Positions 1-13,750 of a stretch of DNA of 64,000 nucleotides are shown piece after piece. Numbering within the stretch: position 1 is the first letter of the stretch; every line of letters starts with the position of its first letter. Made by a program: the position numbers and the translations under genes. This DNA is from Eledone cirrhosa (Eukaryota), in contig OZ024741.1 in NCBI GenBank assembly GCA_964016885.1, forward strand, positions 352,470,001 to 352,534,000, read 5' to 3'. The notes beneath the pieces were generated by a model, which did not search any database, was not told the origin of the DNA, and saw nothing but the letters and a program-made list of their open reading frames with translations.

Positions 1-49
1 TAAAAATATTTACTTGTTGTATCCCAACAATTTTAAATAGAACTTTTGC

Positions 50-80
<31 letters not shown>

Positions 81-109
81 TAGAGAGATAGATAGATAGA
101 TAGATAGAT

Positions 110-171
<62 letters not shown>

Positions 172-296
172 GTCAACTTTGACTTTCATCTTGCAGGGGA
201 TGATAAAATATAATACCAGTCGAGTACTGGAGTCGGTTTAATCGACTTTCCGCTCCCCTTCACTTCAAACTGGTGGCCTTGTCCCAAAATTAGAAA

Positions 297-335
<39 letters not shown>

Positions 336-339
336 ATAT

Positions 340-566
340 GTAGAAATTGTATTCAATTTGTTGGAAGTCCGACAAACATAAATGTTTATAACTGATTTAG
401 AGCACTGAACAGCTACTGGAGTAAATATTCCATGATATTAAATAAATGGAAACTATATTTATAAAACCATATTTCAAGGGCAACCAAGACAACATTGGTG
501 CGCTTTCATCAGATAAAATACAAAGTTTGTTTTATAAATAGAGACGTACCCATGAAAATTCTACCT
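340..566 (-). mobile_element. Hammerhead-bearing dispersed repeat, family B (copy 1); putative Penelope-like terminal repeat
   Basis: Homologous to 13548-13750 and 16191-16366. The minus strand reads tattttat-CTGATGA-aagcgcaccaa..ttggttgccctt-GAAA-tat. The 3' strand of stem I is deleted in this copy. Confidence 0.6.
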
Positions 567-626
567 TATCGGTTGGAAATTCACTGGATAGTCAATTATC
601 TGGTGAATTTCCAATATACATATATG

Positions 627-724
<98 letters not shown>

Positions 725-813
725 CGTGTCTGTGTGTGTGTGTGTGTGTATATACATATATGTATATTGGAAATTCACCGGATAATTGACTATCCAGTGA
801 ATTTCCAACCGAT
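567..813. repeat. Inverted repeat with a (CA)n-(TA)n-(TG)n centre
   Basis: tatcggttggaaattcactggatagtcaattatctggtgaatttccaatatac is mirrored by gtatattggaaattcaccggataattgactatccagtgaatttccaaccgata. Confidence 0.9.
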
Positions 814-1032
814 ATATATATATATACATATATGTATATATATATGTGTGTGTGTGTGAAGAATGCAAAGTATGCATGCAATGTATACATATGATCTCGC
901 CACTTTGTGAGAAGTGGTGGAAGGAAGGCACATACTACTGACCTATATTATGTTGATCTCCGTTTGGTATCTTTTGGCCATTGGAGTCCATATGCGTAAT
1001 TATCTGGGAGATAGCAAAACATTCCTGCACTG

Positions 1033-1613
<581 letters not shown>

Positions 1614-1618
<5 letters not shown>

Positions 1619-2337
1619 TAAAATATATGATAAACACAAAACGTGTTTGCATTGCAACAGACAGTCAGCTATTAATGAAATAAACTAATTAAAGTGAATA
1701 CAATTTGTCTGTCTCGATATAAGTCAATAAAGACAATCTTATATTGGCAACTGCCATGATTCCTGGACAGATTTAAATTTCAAAATCCAAACCTGTTCTG
1801 TAGACGAATTTGAACCTCGAAACCTAAATCCGTGTCGCAATGGTGGTATGTGAATTTAAAAAATAAAGAGAATCGAAATGGAATTGAAATAAAAAGTGAA
1901 ATATCCAAATCTTCTGTGCATATCAACAGGAATCCAGTAGAAATTAGTACATTTCACATCAAAAAACTTTGCAAGTCTGACTACACGTGTATAGCCAGAC
2001 CAAACTAGCCGTCCCGCATTAACGGTGCTAGAAATAACAGCCATATATGCGGGATTAAAAATCAGCTCTAACATTTAAGGAGATTTATTTTTTAAATTCA
2101 CATACCACCATTGCGAAACGGATTTAGGTTTCGAGGTTCAAATTCGTCTACAGAACAGGTTTGGATTTTGAAATTTAAATCTGTCCAGGAATCATGGCAG
2201 TTGCCAATATAAGATTGTCTTTATTGACTTATATCGAGACAGACAAATTGTATTCACTTTAATTAGTTTATTTCATTAATAGCTGACTATCTGTTGCAAT
2301 GCAAACACGTTTTGTGTTTATCATATATTTTAATGTA
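1614..2337. repeat. Long near-perfect inverted repeat, arms ~250 bp, spacer ~215 bp
   Basis: 1614-1867 is the reverse complement of ~2084-2337, with only about two mismatches seen by eye. Confidence 0.95.
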
Positions 2338-2416
2338 TTTAACTGCTCGGAAATGACCCTTTCCTGGAGCTTAATTATTGTAAAGGACTGAGAGCTTATT
2401 CTCAAAATATTATATA

Positions 2417-2538
<122 letters not shown>

Positions 2539-2573
2539 GTATATATATGTATATTTATATATATATATATACG

Positions 2574-2642
<69 letters not shown>

Positions 2643-2677
2643 ATATGTATATATATATATATATGTATGTGTATATG

Positions 2678-2710
<33 letters not shown>

Positions 2711-2926
2711 TCCGTTTCTGAATTTGTTTAGCAAGATTCTTCATCTGAAAACGTGTTTGAAATCGATATTGTTATGCTTTGGGAGGGTCATGTTGCCAAT
2801 AAGAAACACACGCACCAGTTGCTTTCACTCCAATTTATTATAAATTAAATTTATAAATTTAAGAATTTATAAATTTCCGGTTGGTTGGTTGGTTGGTTGG
2901 TTCCATAGCCGGACGGTTCATATATT

Positions 2927-2969
2927 GTCAAAGTTCTTTCGTCACACATTCTGTGACCTCTTCAGTGAC
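2927..2969 (-). ncRNA. Minimal type I hammerhead ribozyme, family C (left arm of palindrome)
   Basis: Reverse complement of 3085-3127. Confidence 0.8.
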
Positions 2970-3084
2970 TGGGATTCTTTTCTTTGTTTTTGTGCCTCTC
3001 CTTTGTTCTGTCCTACGCCATCTTGTTTTTGATGGCGTAGGACAGAACAAAGGAAAGGCACAAAAACATAGAAAAGAATCCCCA

Positions 3085-3127
3085 GTCACTGAAGAGGTCA
3101 CAGAATGTGTGACGAAAGAACTTTGAC
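3085..3127 (+). ncRNA. Minimal type I hammerhead ribozyme, family C (right arm of palindrome)
   Basis: gtca-CTGAAGA-g-gtcaca gaatg tgtgac-GAAA-gaac-TT-tgac: stem I gtca/tgac, 6-bp stem II, minimal stem III, CUU triplet. Confidence 0.82.
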
Positions 3128-3283
3128 AATATATGAACAACCGTCCGGCTATGGAACCAACCAACCAACCGGAAATTTATAAATTCTTAAATTTATAAAT
3201 TTAATTTATAATAAATTGGAGTGAAAGCAACTGGTGCGTGTGTTTCTTATTGGCAACATGACCCTCCAAAAGTATAACAATAT

Positions 3284-3467
3284 GGGCGGTGGATTGGCAG
3301 TATCGGTAGAGGGTCGGACGCCATGCTTTCCAGCAAAGAGTTACGGCCCCTTATGGTCTGAGTTCAAATCCTGCCGAGGTTAACTTTTCCTTTCATCCTT
3401 ACGGGGGTCGATAAAATAAAGTACCAGTAATGTACTGGGTAATTGCTGGCCTTGTGCCAAAAGTAGA

Positions 3468-3473
<6 letters not shown>
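3284..3473 (+). mobile_element. tRNA-derived SINE (~190 bp), the dominant family in the window
   Basis: A-box-like tggcagtatcggtagag, B-box gagttcaaatcc, body tttcatccttacgggggtcgataaaataaagtaccag, tail agtagaaacaat; roughly 20 further full or partial copies. Confidence 0.9.
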
Positions 3474-3500
<27 letters not shown>

Positions 3501-3894
3501 CACATATACATACATGCATATATACGCACACACACACAGAAACATAAATATATAAGCGTGTGTCTGTGTATGTGTGTATATATGTACATTTATATCATCA
3601 TAAGCCTGCACATACATAACTATACTGTTACATGCTTTATCTACTTATAGAAATACATATTATACGCATGCAATACACGCACAGGTGCATATATGTGAGT
3701 AGATTCATATCCACATATCCGCAACGTATACACCTTTCACACATAAGCATATTAGATAAACATTATCACCATCATAATAATCTTCATCTTCCTCATCACC
3801 ATCGTCGTCGCCGTCTTCGCCATCCTCCTAATCACCAGCATCATTTAACGTCATTTTCCCCTCTAGTAAGCATTGCTGTCAGTATATGTATGTA

Positions 3895-4370
3895 CGAGAT
3901 TTGTCCCAAAAGTAAGGAGACTGATGATTTATCTAAATGTATATTAGACGTACGTAATATTAGAATCTCCTTCAAAATACGACCCTTGGGAAGTCACACA
4001 GTAATTCTAACATTTTTTTCCATTGATCGTAGTGGTACCGTGAGTCATTTTCTGTAAATGTCCTTAGCTCGTCGGTTACAATTTTTTGTATGTTTTCCAC
4101 AGTCCAAAAATGACCTTTCAAATTCGATTTTAACTTAGGGAAGAGGTAGAAATCACATGGAGCTTGATTTGAACTGTAGGGAGGATGTGTAAGAGTAGGA
4201 ATGTTTTTCTTTGACAGAAATTCTCTAATTGAAAGTACTGTATGAGTAGGTGCGTTGTCGTGGTACAGTACCCAATCTCCTACAATGTCTTTCAGACTCG
4301 CTGGCCCGGGTTTTAAAAGTCGTTCCAAGACATCTTTGTAGAAGGTGCAATCAACTGTCTGTTCACTATA
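3895..4370 (-). mobile_element. Mariner (DD34D-type) transposon remnant: 3' TIR plus transposase C-terminus
   Basis: ORF 3972-4328 has WVLYHDNAPTH and HPPYSSNQAPCDFYLFPKLK (mariner YSPDLAPxD). TA followed by TIR-like cgagatttgtcccaaaagtaaggagactg at 3893-3923. Confidence 0.9.
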
Positions 4371-4372
4371 AT

Positions 4373-4620
4373 TCTTCTTCTTCTTCTTCTTCTTCTTCTT
4401 CTTCTTCTTCTTCTTCTTCTTCTTCTTCTTCTTCTTCTTCTTCTTCTCCCACCTATTCCTTAAAGGGTCCTGGGAACAGAGTCCTCAAACACTCCTTCCA
4501 GCGGATCCGGTCAAAAGCAACCGTGTCCAACTGATCCGACTGGATCCCCAAGCGAGACCAGCCAAGCTCATGGATGTTATCCAACCATCTTGCTCGGCGT
4601 CTACTCCTGAGTCTCCTGCC
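4373..4620 (-). mobile_element. RTE-type LINE 3' end with (GAA)n tail
   Basis: Translates to GRRLRSRRRARWLDNI...AFDRIRWK, the RTE C-terminal GRPxxRW...DRxxW pattern; second copy at 45447-45750. Confidence 0.75.
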
Positions 4621-5540
4621 CCCCCCCCCCCCCAAAAAAAAAAACATATTGAAATAAAACAAAGCTAACGAATTAAAGCGGTCTTCCGGTATATGGCAGT
4701 GGCGTTGTTCAATTCCTGCGGGTGACGTTGATCATTTTTTTTCCCGTCTCAACTAGTTATACCTCCGATTTTATTCAACTATATTATAATTGTCACTGAC
4801 TATAATTATTATAGATGGTGAAGGGAGGTGGTGTTGGTGGTGGGGGTAGTGATGGTGGCCACGGGACAAGATGCCAAGATCTGTTGATGATGTATTACAG
4901 TCGTTGAAACCTCAATGCGCATGTACTTATCGACCTTTAACTCTTGTTGGAATCGTAGGGGTGCTGTAAGTGACATATGGCGTGTCTTGGGTGTTTAAAA
5001 CATGGTGGAGACTATCCCTCCGCAGGTCTGAACGCAACCGGTTTTTTTTTTCCAGAGAAGTAGAGAGAGTGATAGAAAGAAAGAAAGCAACACATATAGA
5101 AGGAGAATTGACGACAGTACTAGACTGGTACTTTTTTAAACGACCTCGAAAGAGGGCAGAGAGACAGAACGAATGCTACAAAGTATTCTATCCAACGTTC
5201 TAATGCCAGTTCGTAGAATTAATATGCGTTGCAGTAGCCTTTTCTAACGCAAAATATTCTCACCAAACACAAAAAAGCTTTTTTTAAATGGAGTATTTCC
5301 CGAAATAGCGTAAAAAAAAAATCAAAAAAAATCAGAGCAGGATTCCCCCTTCCTTTTGTAATAGTTCCGCGTTATTCGAAACATAACTAACAAATAGATA
5401 AAATAATAAAAAAACTAAAGAAATGTAGTCCAACAAGAGGAGCGTCGTCGTCATCATTATCGTCATAATCACGACGACGACGACGACGACGACCACCACC
5501 ACCACCACCACCATCACCATCATCATCATCATCATCATCA

Positions 5541-5586
<46 letters not shown>

Positions 5587-5757
5587 CATGGTGAAATTTT
5601 GTTTAGACAGCTGCCCTAAATATTTTCCTTACGTTTCTAATCTTCCAATCGGACCATTCGGGTATTTCCACTGTGTGTGTGTGTGTATGTATGTATGTAT
5701 ATATGTATGTATGCATGTATGTATGTATATATGTATGTATGTATGCATGTATGTATG

Positions 5758-5820
<63 letters not shown>

Positions 5821-5836
5821 ATGTATGTATGTATAA

Positions 5837-5882
<46 letters not shown>

Positions 5883-6819
5883 GTGTGTGTGTACACGTGT
5901 GCGTGTATATTTCTGACGGTTTGTTTATATTAGCAAGCCACAAGGTAAAACAAAAAAAAAAGAGAAACATTTCAAAACCTCACACAAAAACACGCATACA
6001 CACACTAAAACAAACCCCGACAAAAGATGACGTCTGGTAGTAATGTAGTATGTGGAAGAAAAAATGGAGTGAACCCTACTTCTCCCCCACTTCCACTACG
6101 TAACTCCTTGCTTTCCTTTTGACTCTTGCTGCGACGATTAAAGGATGGCGGAGTCGCGTAGGATCAGAGAGATGTTAGAGATGATAAGGAAAAAAGAACC
6201 AAAAGAGAAGAAAGAAAATGAAGGCAAAAGAAATAAAACAGAAACAAGGAAAAGGGGTTAGTAAAGTGGTGGTATGGTGAACGGGGGGGGGGGTATTTCT
6301 TCTGACAATGTGTGTACGTGTGTATCTATGTATTTATGTGTGTGTGTATGAGTGTGAGCATGTGTGAGTGTGTGTGTCTGAATGTGCGTATATGAGTGTG
6401 TGTGTGTGTGTGTGTTTATGTGTGTGTGTTTATGTCTGTGAGTCTGTCTGTGTATGTGTGAGTGTGTGTGTCTGAATATGCGTGTGTGAGTGTGTTTGTG
6501 TGAATGTGTGTGCGTGTGTGTGTATGTGTGTGTGTGTGTCTGTGTGTGTATCTGCTGAGTGTGTGTGTTTGTGTGTGTGTGTGTATGTGCGAGTGTGAGT
6601 ATGTGTGTGCGAGTGTGAGTATGTGTGTGTGTGTGTGTCTGAGTGAGTGTGTGTATGTGTTTGTGTGCGTGTCGGAAGGAAGGGTGGGAGAGAAATCTGT
6701 AGAGGTGAGTGAGTGGGAAGGGGCTATCGCTCGGATACTGTGATGTCTTATAATAACAACTTGTCGGACTTTTCTTTATTAAAAAAATTGTTTCTACATT
6801 TTATCACTGTCACTATATA

Positions 6820-6996
<177 letters not shown>

Positions 6997-7009
6997 TATA
7001 CATATATAA

Positions 7010-7043
<34 letters not shown>

Positions 7044-7044
<1 letters not shown>

Positions 7045-7086
7045 CCGAGCTGAAGATCCGCATAAGGTGAAACAATTGTTCTCGGT
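7044..7086 (+). ncRNA. Minimal type I hammerhead ribozyme, family A (intact core)
   Basis: accgag-CTGAAGA-tccgcataaggt-GAAA-caattg-TT-ctcggt: 6-bp stem I, palindromic stem III (caattg), GUU triplet. Confidence 0.85.
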
Positions 7087-7277
7087 ATGGTGAACTAACT
7101 GTTGTGTTACCACTTCTATATATATATGTACACACACACACACACACATTTAGATATATATATATACACACACACACACATACATATGTCTATCTATATG
7201 TATATGTGTGTATGTATGTATTAACATTTTGACTTATTCTTGCATTAGTGTTGGTTTCCTAGACGCAAACACACACG

Positions 7278-7342
<65 letters not shown>

Positions 7343-7344
<2 letters not shown>

Positions 7345-7441
7345 AAGGCGGGTAAAATTCCCGAGATCCATGGACGAGTTCTCTCCAGCGGTCTCTGTCC
7401 CTCATTATCGCTGCCATGTCCTGCGTCTCCAACAGACCAGT
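7343..7441 (-). mobile_element. RTE-like LINE 3' fragment
   Basis: Minus strand reads TGLLETQDMAAIMRDRDRWRELVHGS (DRxxWR motif). Confidence 0.5.
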
Positions 7442-7484
7442 GTTTGTGTGTGTTTGTGTGTGTGTGTCTGAGTGAGTGTGTGTG

Positions 7485-7557
<73 letters not shown>

Positions 7558-7653
7558 ATATATATATATATATATATTAAAATAACAGATTAAAGTTTGA
7601 GCACAGAATCGCTGCTTTCACCCTTAACGGGATCTTCCGAAACTAAAAAAATC

Positions 7654-7992
7654 AATCTGTGAACGCAGAAGTAAATATTTCGAAAAACGTTGCAACCGAA
7701 GGAAAACAGGAAGACGATACTTTGGTTGGTGGAGACGTTCCCTGGCAAAGAACGGGGGGGGGGGGGGAAATAACAATACGTTATTATTTGGAGCGGTGAT
7801 AAAAAAATACGAAGATAATACGTCGTTATGTGGAACGTGGAGAACAATTACACGCAAAGACAAAACTACGTTTATGGTATAAATGAAGTCGTAGATTAAA
7901 ATTCTATTTAGGAAACCGAATGATTCTCAGCTTCAGAGTTAAGAATATTGTAAATAAATTAGTAGAACGAAAATGCCAGAGGTTATTGAAAT
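7654..7992. repeat. Unclassified dispersed repeat (~330 bp)
   Basis: Diverged direct copy at ~13924-14215; both begin aatctgtgaacgcagaagtaaatatttcga. Confidence 0.8.
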
Positions 7993-8917
<925 letters not shown>

Positions 8918-9237
8918 ATATATATATATATTACATAGAGCAAGGGCAACAATGAAAAACGGTGAAAACAAACACGGAGAACAATTTACAAAAAGTGATA
9001 CTAGGCTAACGCTTGTGCGAATGGAAAATGGTTTTCAACGTATCGGACGTTTGACCGACATTCTGAAAGAAAGGAGAGTGTGAGAGAAGTCAGGAAAGGC
9101 AGGGAGACCTGAGTTTCCATGTATGAATTAATCTCGGCACTCTATTTCTTTCAAATATGGAGTATTAAGTTGAATAAAGGTCTTACCAGTCTTTTGATTT
9201 ATTCCCCTCACCTAAGATAGTAGAATGTGATTTAAGA

Positions 9238-9370
9238 CAGCGTTCACCAACCTTTCGGACCTCACGAACCTCATGGACCACTAAATTCATAATTTTAAAT
9301 CCCGCGGACCATTAAAATTCTTCTGCGAACCACCAAAGTTTTCTCGTGGACCATTGGTTGGAGACCGTTG
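9238..9370. mobile_element. hAT (Charlie-like) MITE
   Basis: TIRs cagcgttcaccaacc / ggttggagaccgttg; 8-bp TSD atttaaga on both sides. Confidence 0.85.
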
Positions 9371-9593
9371 ATTTAAGAGATATTTGAATATTTGATTTCT
9401 AACACGTTGAACGATCACGTAGAGACTCACGTGCTAAATGATCGTTTTTAAATGGGATTCCTTGAATATTTCAATCAGTTTGTTTTTTTTGTATCCATGG
9501 AGTAGCCACGGATATATGAGATTACTAAGCTGTCCTTTGTATATTGTCCGGAGCTGTGTGGAGAAGTACGCTTTCTGATGGGGTGTCTAGGAT

Positions 9594-9794
9594 AAGACCT
9601 GCCAAGCTCTAAAAACTAAAACGGGGAGTACCATGAAAAAAAGGGCTCCAAAATGGGGAGAAATGAGGCAAAATAGGGAGATTTTACATAATGAAAGTTA
9701 TACCCATTTTCACAAGAGAAGACATCTCTCGCTCACCCCAAAGTTGGTGGGCGATCTCCCTGTCGGACGGGGAGAGTTGACAGTTGACAGTCAG
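9594..9794 (+). mobile_element. ~195 bp MITE family (copy 1)
   Basis: Homologous to 10720-10914 and 52208-52403; flanked by duplicated (c)taggat. Confidence 0.8.
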
Positions 9795-10719
9795 CTAGGA
9801 TGAACAGTTCTACGATAGCAAATACCTCAGCTCTATCCTTGCAACCCATTCGTTTTTGCTCTGAAGAGATCGTAATGGTATAAAAGTGACTTCATAGCGT
9901 TATTATCCTTGTATCGAGATCTTTAATTAGTGGTAAATTTTCTCCCGAATTCCAGCTAAACAACAACCATACACCTAATGCATTGTTAAAACTACACCCT
10001 AGTTACTAATATCCACTTCAGAGCTAGAAAATATTTTAGCCTCGATGAAACCTCAATTGTGACTACAAATCTCGAGAATGATTCACATTATAGTACTGCT
10101 TATATATCTGGTATAGTGCTGTTACTACTCTTACTCATATCATAGATCCCATTTCTCAAAGACAATTGTGTTGATTGATAAAGAGATTAATTTCCAAACA
10201 CACGACAAACACGATCTCACAGACATGCCATTTCAAGTTTGAGTCTCTTCCACCGCTGTTATAGATGTTTGTGCACCTATGAATTAACAAACTGTCTACC
10301 ATCTTTGTCGAAGCCCACCTTATGCATTCCACCTCTCTTGCCTTGTCACTTTTAATCTATCCTAACCATTTGGTCCAGTCTTGTTGTAGTCAAGAGGGAT
10401 TTACCTCTTGTTTACGTTGCTGTTCTGCTCTAAGCCAACCCTAATCAAGTAAACCTAAATTCAGAGGTATTCCAATATCATGCTAATTGAATTAGTTGTG
10501 ACTATAAATAACTATAGTTCTGTATAGGATTGATGAGTTAATATCTGTATACAACAACTACAACGGTACGCGATGAGGCCCACCCACAGCCCCGGCGGAC
10601 AGTGTGTGCAACTCGACTCTTTATGATATCTAGAACTATAAATGTGTAATATCCGTTATTAAGACAGCAGAGTGTAAATGGATAGAGATTTGGCTGCTGT
10701 TCAAGCTGAACATTAATTG

Positions 10720-10914
10720 TAGACCTGTCAACTCTCCCCGTCCAGCGGCGAGATCACCTACCCACTTTGCGGTGGGTGAGAGATGTCTTCTCTTGTGAAA
10801 ATGGGCATAGCTTTCATTATGTAGAATCTCCCCATTTTGCCTCATCTCTTCCCGTTTTGAGGCACGTTTTTTCATGGTACTGCCCGTTTGGTGTTTTAGA
10901 GGTTGGCAGGTCTG
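10720..10914 (-). mobile_element. ~195 bp MITE family (copy 2)
   Basis: TIRs agacctgtcaac / gttggcaggtctg; flanks taattg / taattt. Confidence 0.85.
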
Positions 10915-11299
10915 TAATTTTATTGGCCTCATCAGTCCGACAGGATCGGCAAAGGTTATTATTAACATCACTTTCAAATAAACATTAAGACAAAAAACAA
11001 TGTTTTGTATGGCGCTGTCTTTGTAAAATTAATAAAAAAAATAATGCAAATTATGTTTGACAGAAAAATACCATACATTATTTTAATGTATCAAACAAAT
11101 TATAGGTTAATCATCCCCCACACTATCAATGCAAGCATAAATTCCTCTGAGAATTAAAAACGAACTTGTTTACGCCACATATTACCTGACACTACACAAC
11201 CACTTCTTCATTTTGCGTCCATTTATCATTGCCAAGATTTACTCGAATTCGAGTGAGAAACGAAAGTATGGATTTATTGGTACAGCTATTCAAATATAA

Positions 11300-11495
11300 A
11301 TACACGCATAATCCGCGAGCAAATATCCCATAGCGAGTGAATAATACAGGGTAAGTGATCGACTGGCGTTGAAAAGAAACGCTGTAAAGATTCGCTAAAA
11401 AGCAAACTGAAGGACTTGGAAATTAATACTGAAAATTGGAAAATACTAGCCAAAGAAAGATCATTGTGACGACACAACCTAATTCATAAAGGAAC
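11300..11495 (+). mobile_element. Decayed RTE (BovB-like) LINE C-terminal fragment
   Basis: Reads KKRCKDSLKSKLKDLEINTENWKILAKERSL*R, matching KRxKDxLK...WExLAxDRxxWR. Confidence 0.6.
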
Positions 11496-11946
11496 TCTTT
11501 CTGCCAAATCTTTGAAAGTAAAAAGATATAGTCGACTCGTATTCAAAATTGGACATGCCGTTCAAATACTCTCTTTGTAATTGAAAGCATGAAAAAATTA
11601 ACAAAAGATTGATACAAAACAAAAATCAATGACGTTCTTAATTGAAGACAGGTGATGAACAGTAAAATGAATACACACAAATAAACATACAGGCACAAAA
11701 CCGTCCACACACAAATGCATTTGTATATTTTTGTGCATACATGTTTTGTTGTATACATGCAAACGTTTATATAAAGGAGCCAGTATTAATTAGTATAACT
11801 CAAACGAACGAAGATCATTGAACTGAAGATTAACAACGAAAAGAGTCAAGTAAATTAAGTTTCAAACAAGCCAACAGGAGAGATTCAACGTCGTTGATGG
11901 ACCTGCTAGAAATAGTATCCAAATTCTATCAAATTATACTCTAAGG

Positions 11947-12274
11947 CAGAGGTTCTCAAACATTTTGGACCACCGCTCTCCTCACAGCCACGTAATACCC
12001 TCAGCGCCCCACCCCTATTTCCAGAGAGACCTGTCGACACGTAAATTGTAAATAATATATAATAAATAAAATCGTTAATATCTATATAATAAATAATATA
12101 GTATATACTATGTATAAATAAATATTATATATTTTTTATTTAACTCTATTTATATATAATATATATCATTTGATATTCAATATACTATTATATCATCTTT
12201 ACCACCCCCTCTCTACCGCCCCTTAGGCCCCAGTGCCCCTTGGACCTTCTCAGCGCCCACTTTGAGAACCTCTG
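11947..12274. mobile_element. hAT (Charlie-like) MITE
   Basis: Perfect 14-bp TIRs cagaggttctcaaa / tttgagaacctctg; 8-bp TSD ctctaagg / ttctaagg. Confidence 0.92.
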
Positions 12275-12945
12275 TTCTAAGGTATTGAGTATCTAATTTT
12301 CATTAGCTGCTAGTGTACAGGGATGAATTATCCTACCATTATAATGGACCGAAATTGTCTGGATTTCCAGCGGATAGCTGATGATACAAGGGTGTTTAGG
12401 TTTGTTCGTTTTGCTCCGATCTTCCAGCATCTGTTTCTGAGATTCCGCTAATCTACCACCCTGAATTGGAACATTATCGATCTGGAAAAAATGAAAGGCA
12501 AAGCTGGATTTCGTGGGATTTATACTTATAGCTCAGAGCGCCAGAATACTTAACAGGATTTTCTAGAAGGTTCTTGGTGTCAAACCTACAAGAAAGGCAG
12601 AACAAATATTTTTGATTTGTGCTGACAGATCAAAAACAGATGTGATTGGTTGGCAAATACAGACCAATAAATATTTAAGCCGAAAATCGAATTTGTTCAC
12701 ATTTCCAAACTGAAAGATCTTGAGTTCAAATCCTGGCTGCTACATACATATAAATATCCTAAATCAAGATAAAATTCTGCAGTCTGGAAAGGCGATCTAA
12801 AGCTGAAATGTCGAAGTTACTACTACCTTTTCTTTAACCCACCCACCTAAAACAAACAAACTTTCCTCTACTTACATGCTCGCTCAGTTAATGTCTGACT
12901 GGTTTTATGAACGCTTGTACAATGAACAACTGCTACAATACGCAT

Positions 12946-13001
<56 letters not shown>

Positions 13002-13176
13002 CACACACACGTACGTCCATTTCGGCAGCTGATGACCACGGAGATTTTGTATATGTTGCCAATTTTTATATATATATATAATAGTAGAACCCTGGTGGGT
13101 TATATCCGTAGTAGTAGAGCACTCAGTCCATGGAACGAGTTTGGTAGAAGTAGTTCCACAACAGTTAATTCACCAT

Positions 13177-13219
13177 ACCGAGAACAATTGTTTCACCTTA
13201 TTCGGATCCTCACCTCGGT
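13177..13219 (-). ncRNA. Hammerhead family A, copy with C3->G core mutation
   Basis: Minus strand accgag-GTGAGGA-tccgaataaggt-GAAA-caattg-TT-ctcggt. Confidence 0.7.
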
Positions 13220-13240
13220 CTAACAAAAAACAAAAAAACT

Positions 13241-13280
13241 CGAGCTGAGGATCCGAATAAGGTGAGACATTTGTTCTCGG
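13241..13280 (+). ncRNA. Hammerhead family A, copy with GAAA->GAGA mutation
   Basis: cgag-CTGAGGA-tccgaataaggt-GAGA-catttg-TT-ctcg; inverted relative to 13177-13219. Confidence 0.7.
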
Positions 13281-13307
13281 AATGGTGAACTAACTGTTGT
13301 GGAACTA

Positions 13308-13375
<68 letters not shown>

Positions 13376-13411
13376 ATATATATATATATATGATATATAT
13401 ATATATATATA

Positions 13412-13471
<60 letters not shown>

Positions 13472-13477
<6 letters not shown>

Positions 13478-13750
13478 AGGAAGGAGATCTTAACAATTCA
13501 AGTTTTTCCAGGAAAACTTGAACCGTTAAGATCTCCTTCCTGGATATGTCAATATTTATAAAACAAACTTTGTAGTTTATCTGATGAGAGCGTACCAAAG
13601 TTTTGGTACCATTAAAATATATATGATAGAATAAATATGGTTTTATAAATATAGTTTTCATTTATTAATATCATTGATATTATACTCCAGAAAACTTGAG
13701 TGCTTCGAATCAGTTATCTACTATATAAATTGGAAGTGGTCGGACGTTGT
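13472..13750 (+). mobile_element. Hammerhead family B (copy 2, degenerate) with a 76-bp 5' palindrome
   Basis: Palindrome at 13472-13547; CTGATGA at 13581 with the GAAA decayed; homologous to 340-566. Confidence 0.65.

Larger units (their letters stand above)
2766..3283. repeat. ~518 bp palindrome with an 8-nt loop (3023-3030)
   Basis: ...ctacgccatc ttgttttt gatggcgtag...; the arms pair out to atattgttat/ataacaatat. Confidence 0.96.

Noticed and set aside
1795-1830. Hammerhead-like CTGTAGA...GAAAC in the arms of the 250-bp inverted repeat
   Set aside because: The core has a mismatch, there is no stem III or stem I closure, and it points toward the centre, unlike the other cases.
2746-2771. 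CTGAAAA-cgtgttt-GAAA-tcga-TA at the palindrome edge
   Set aside because: G8 is missing and stems I and II are unconvincing.
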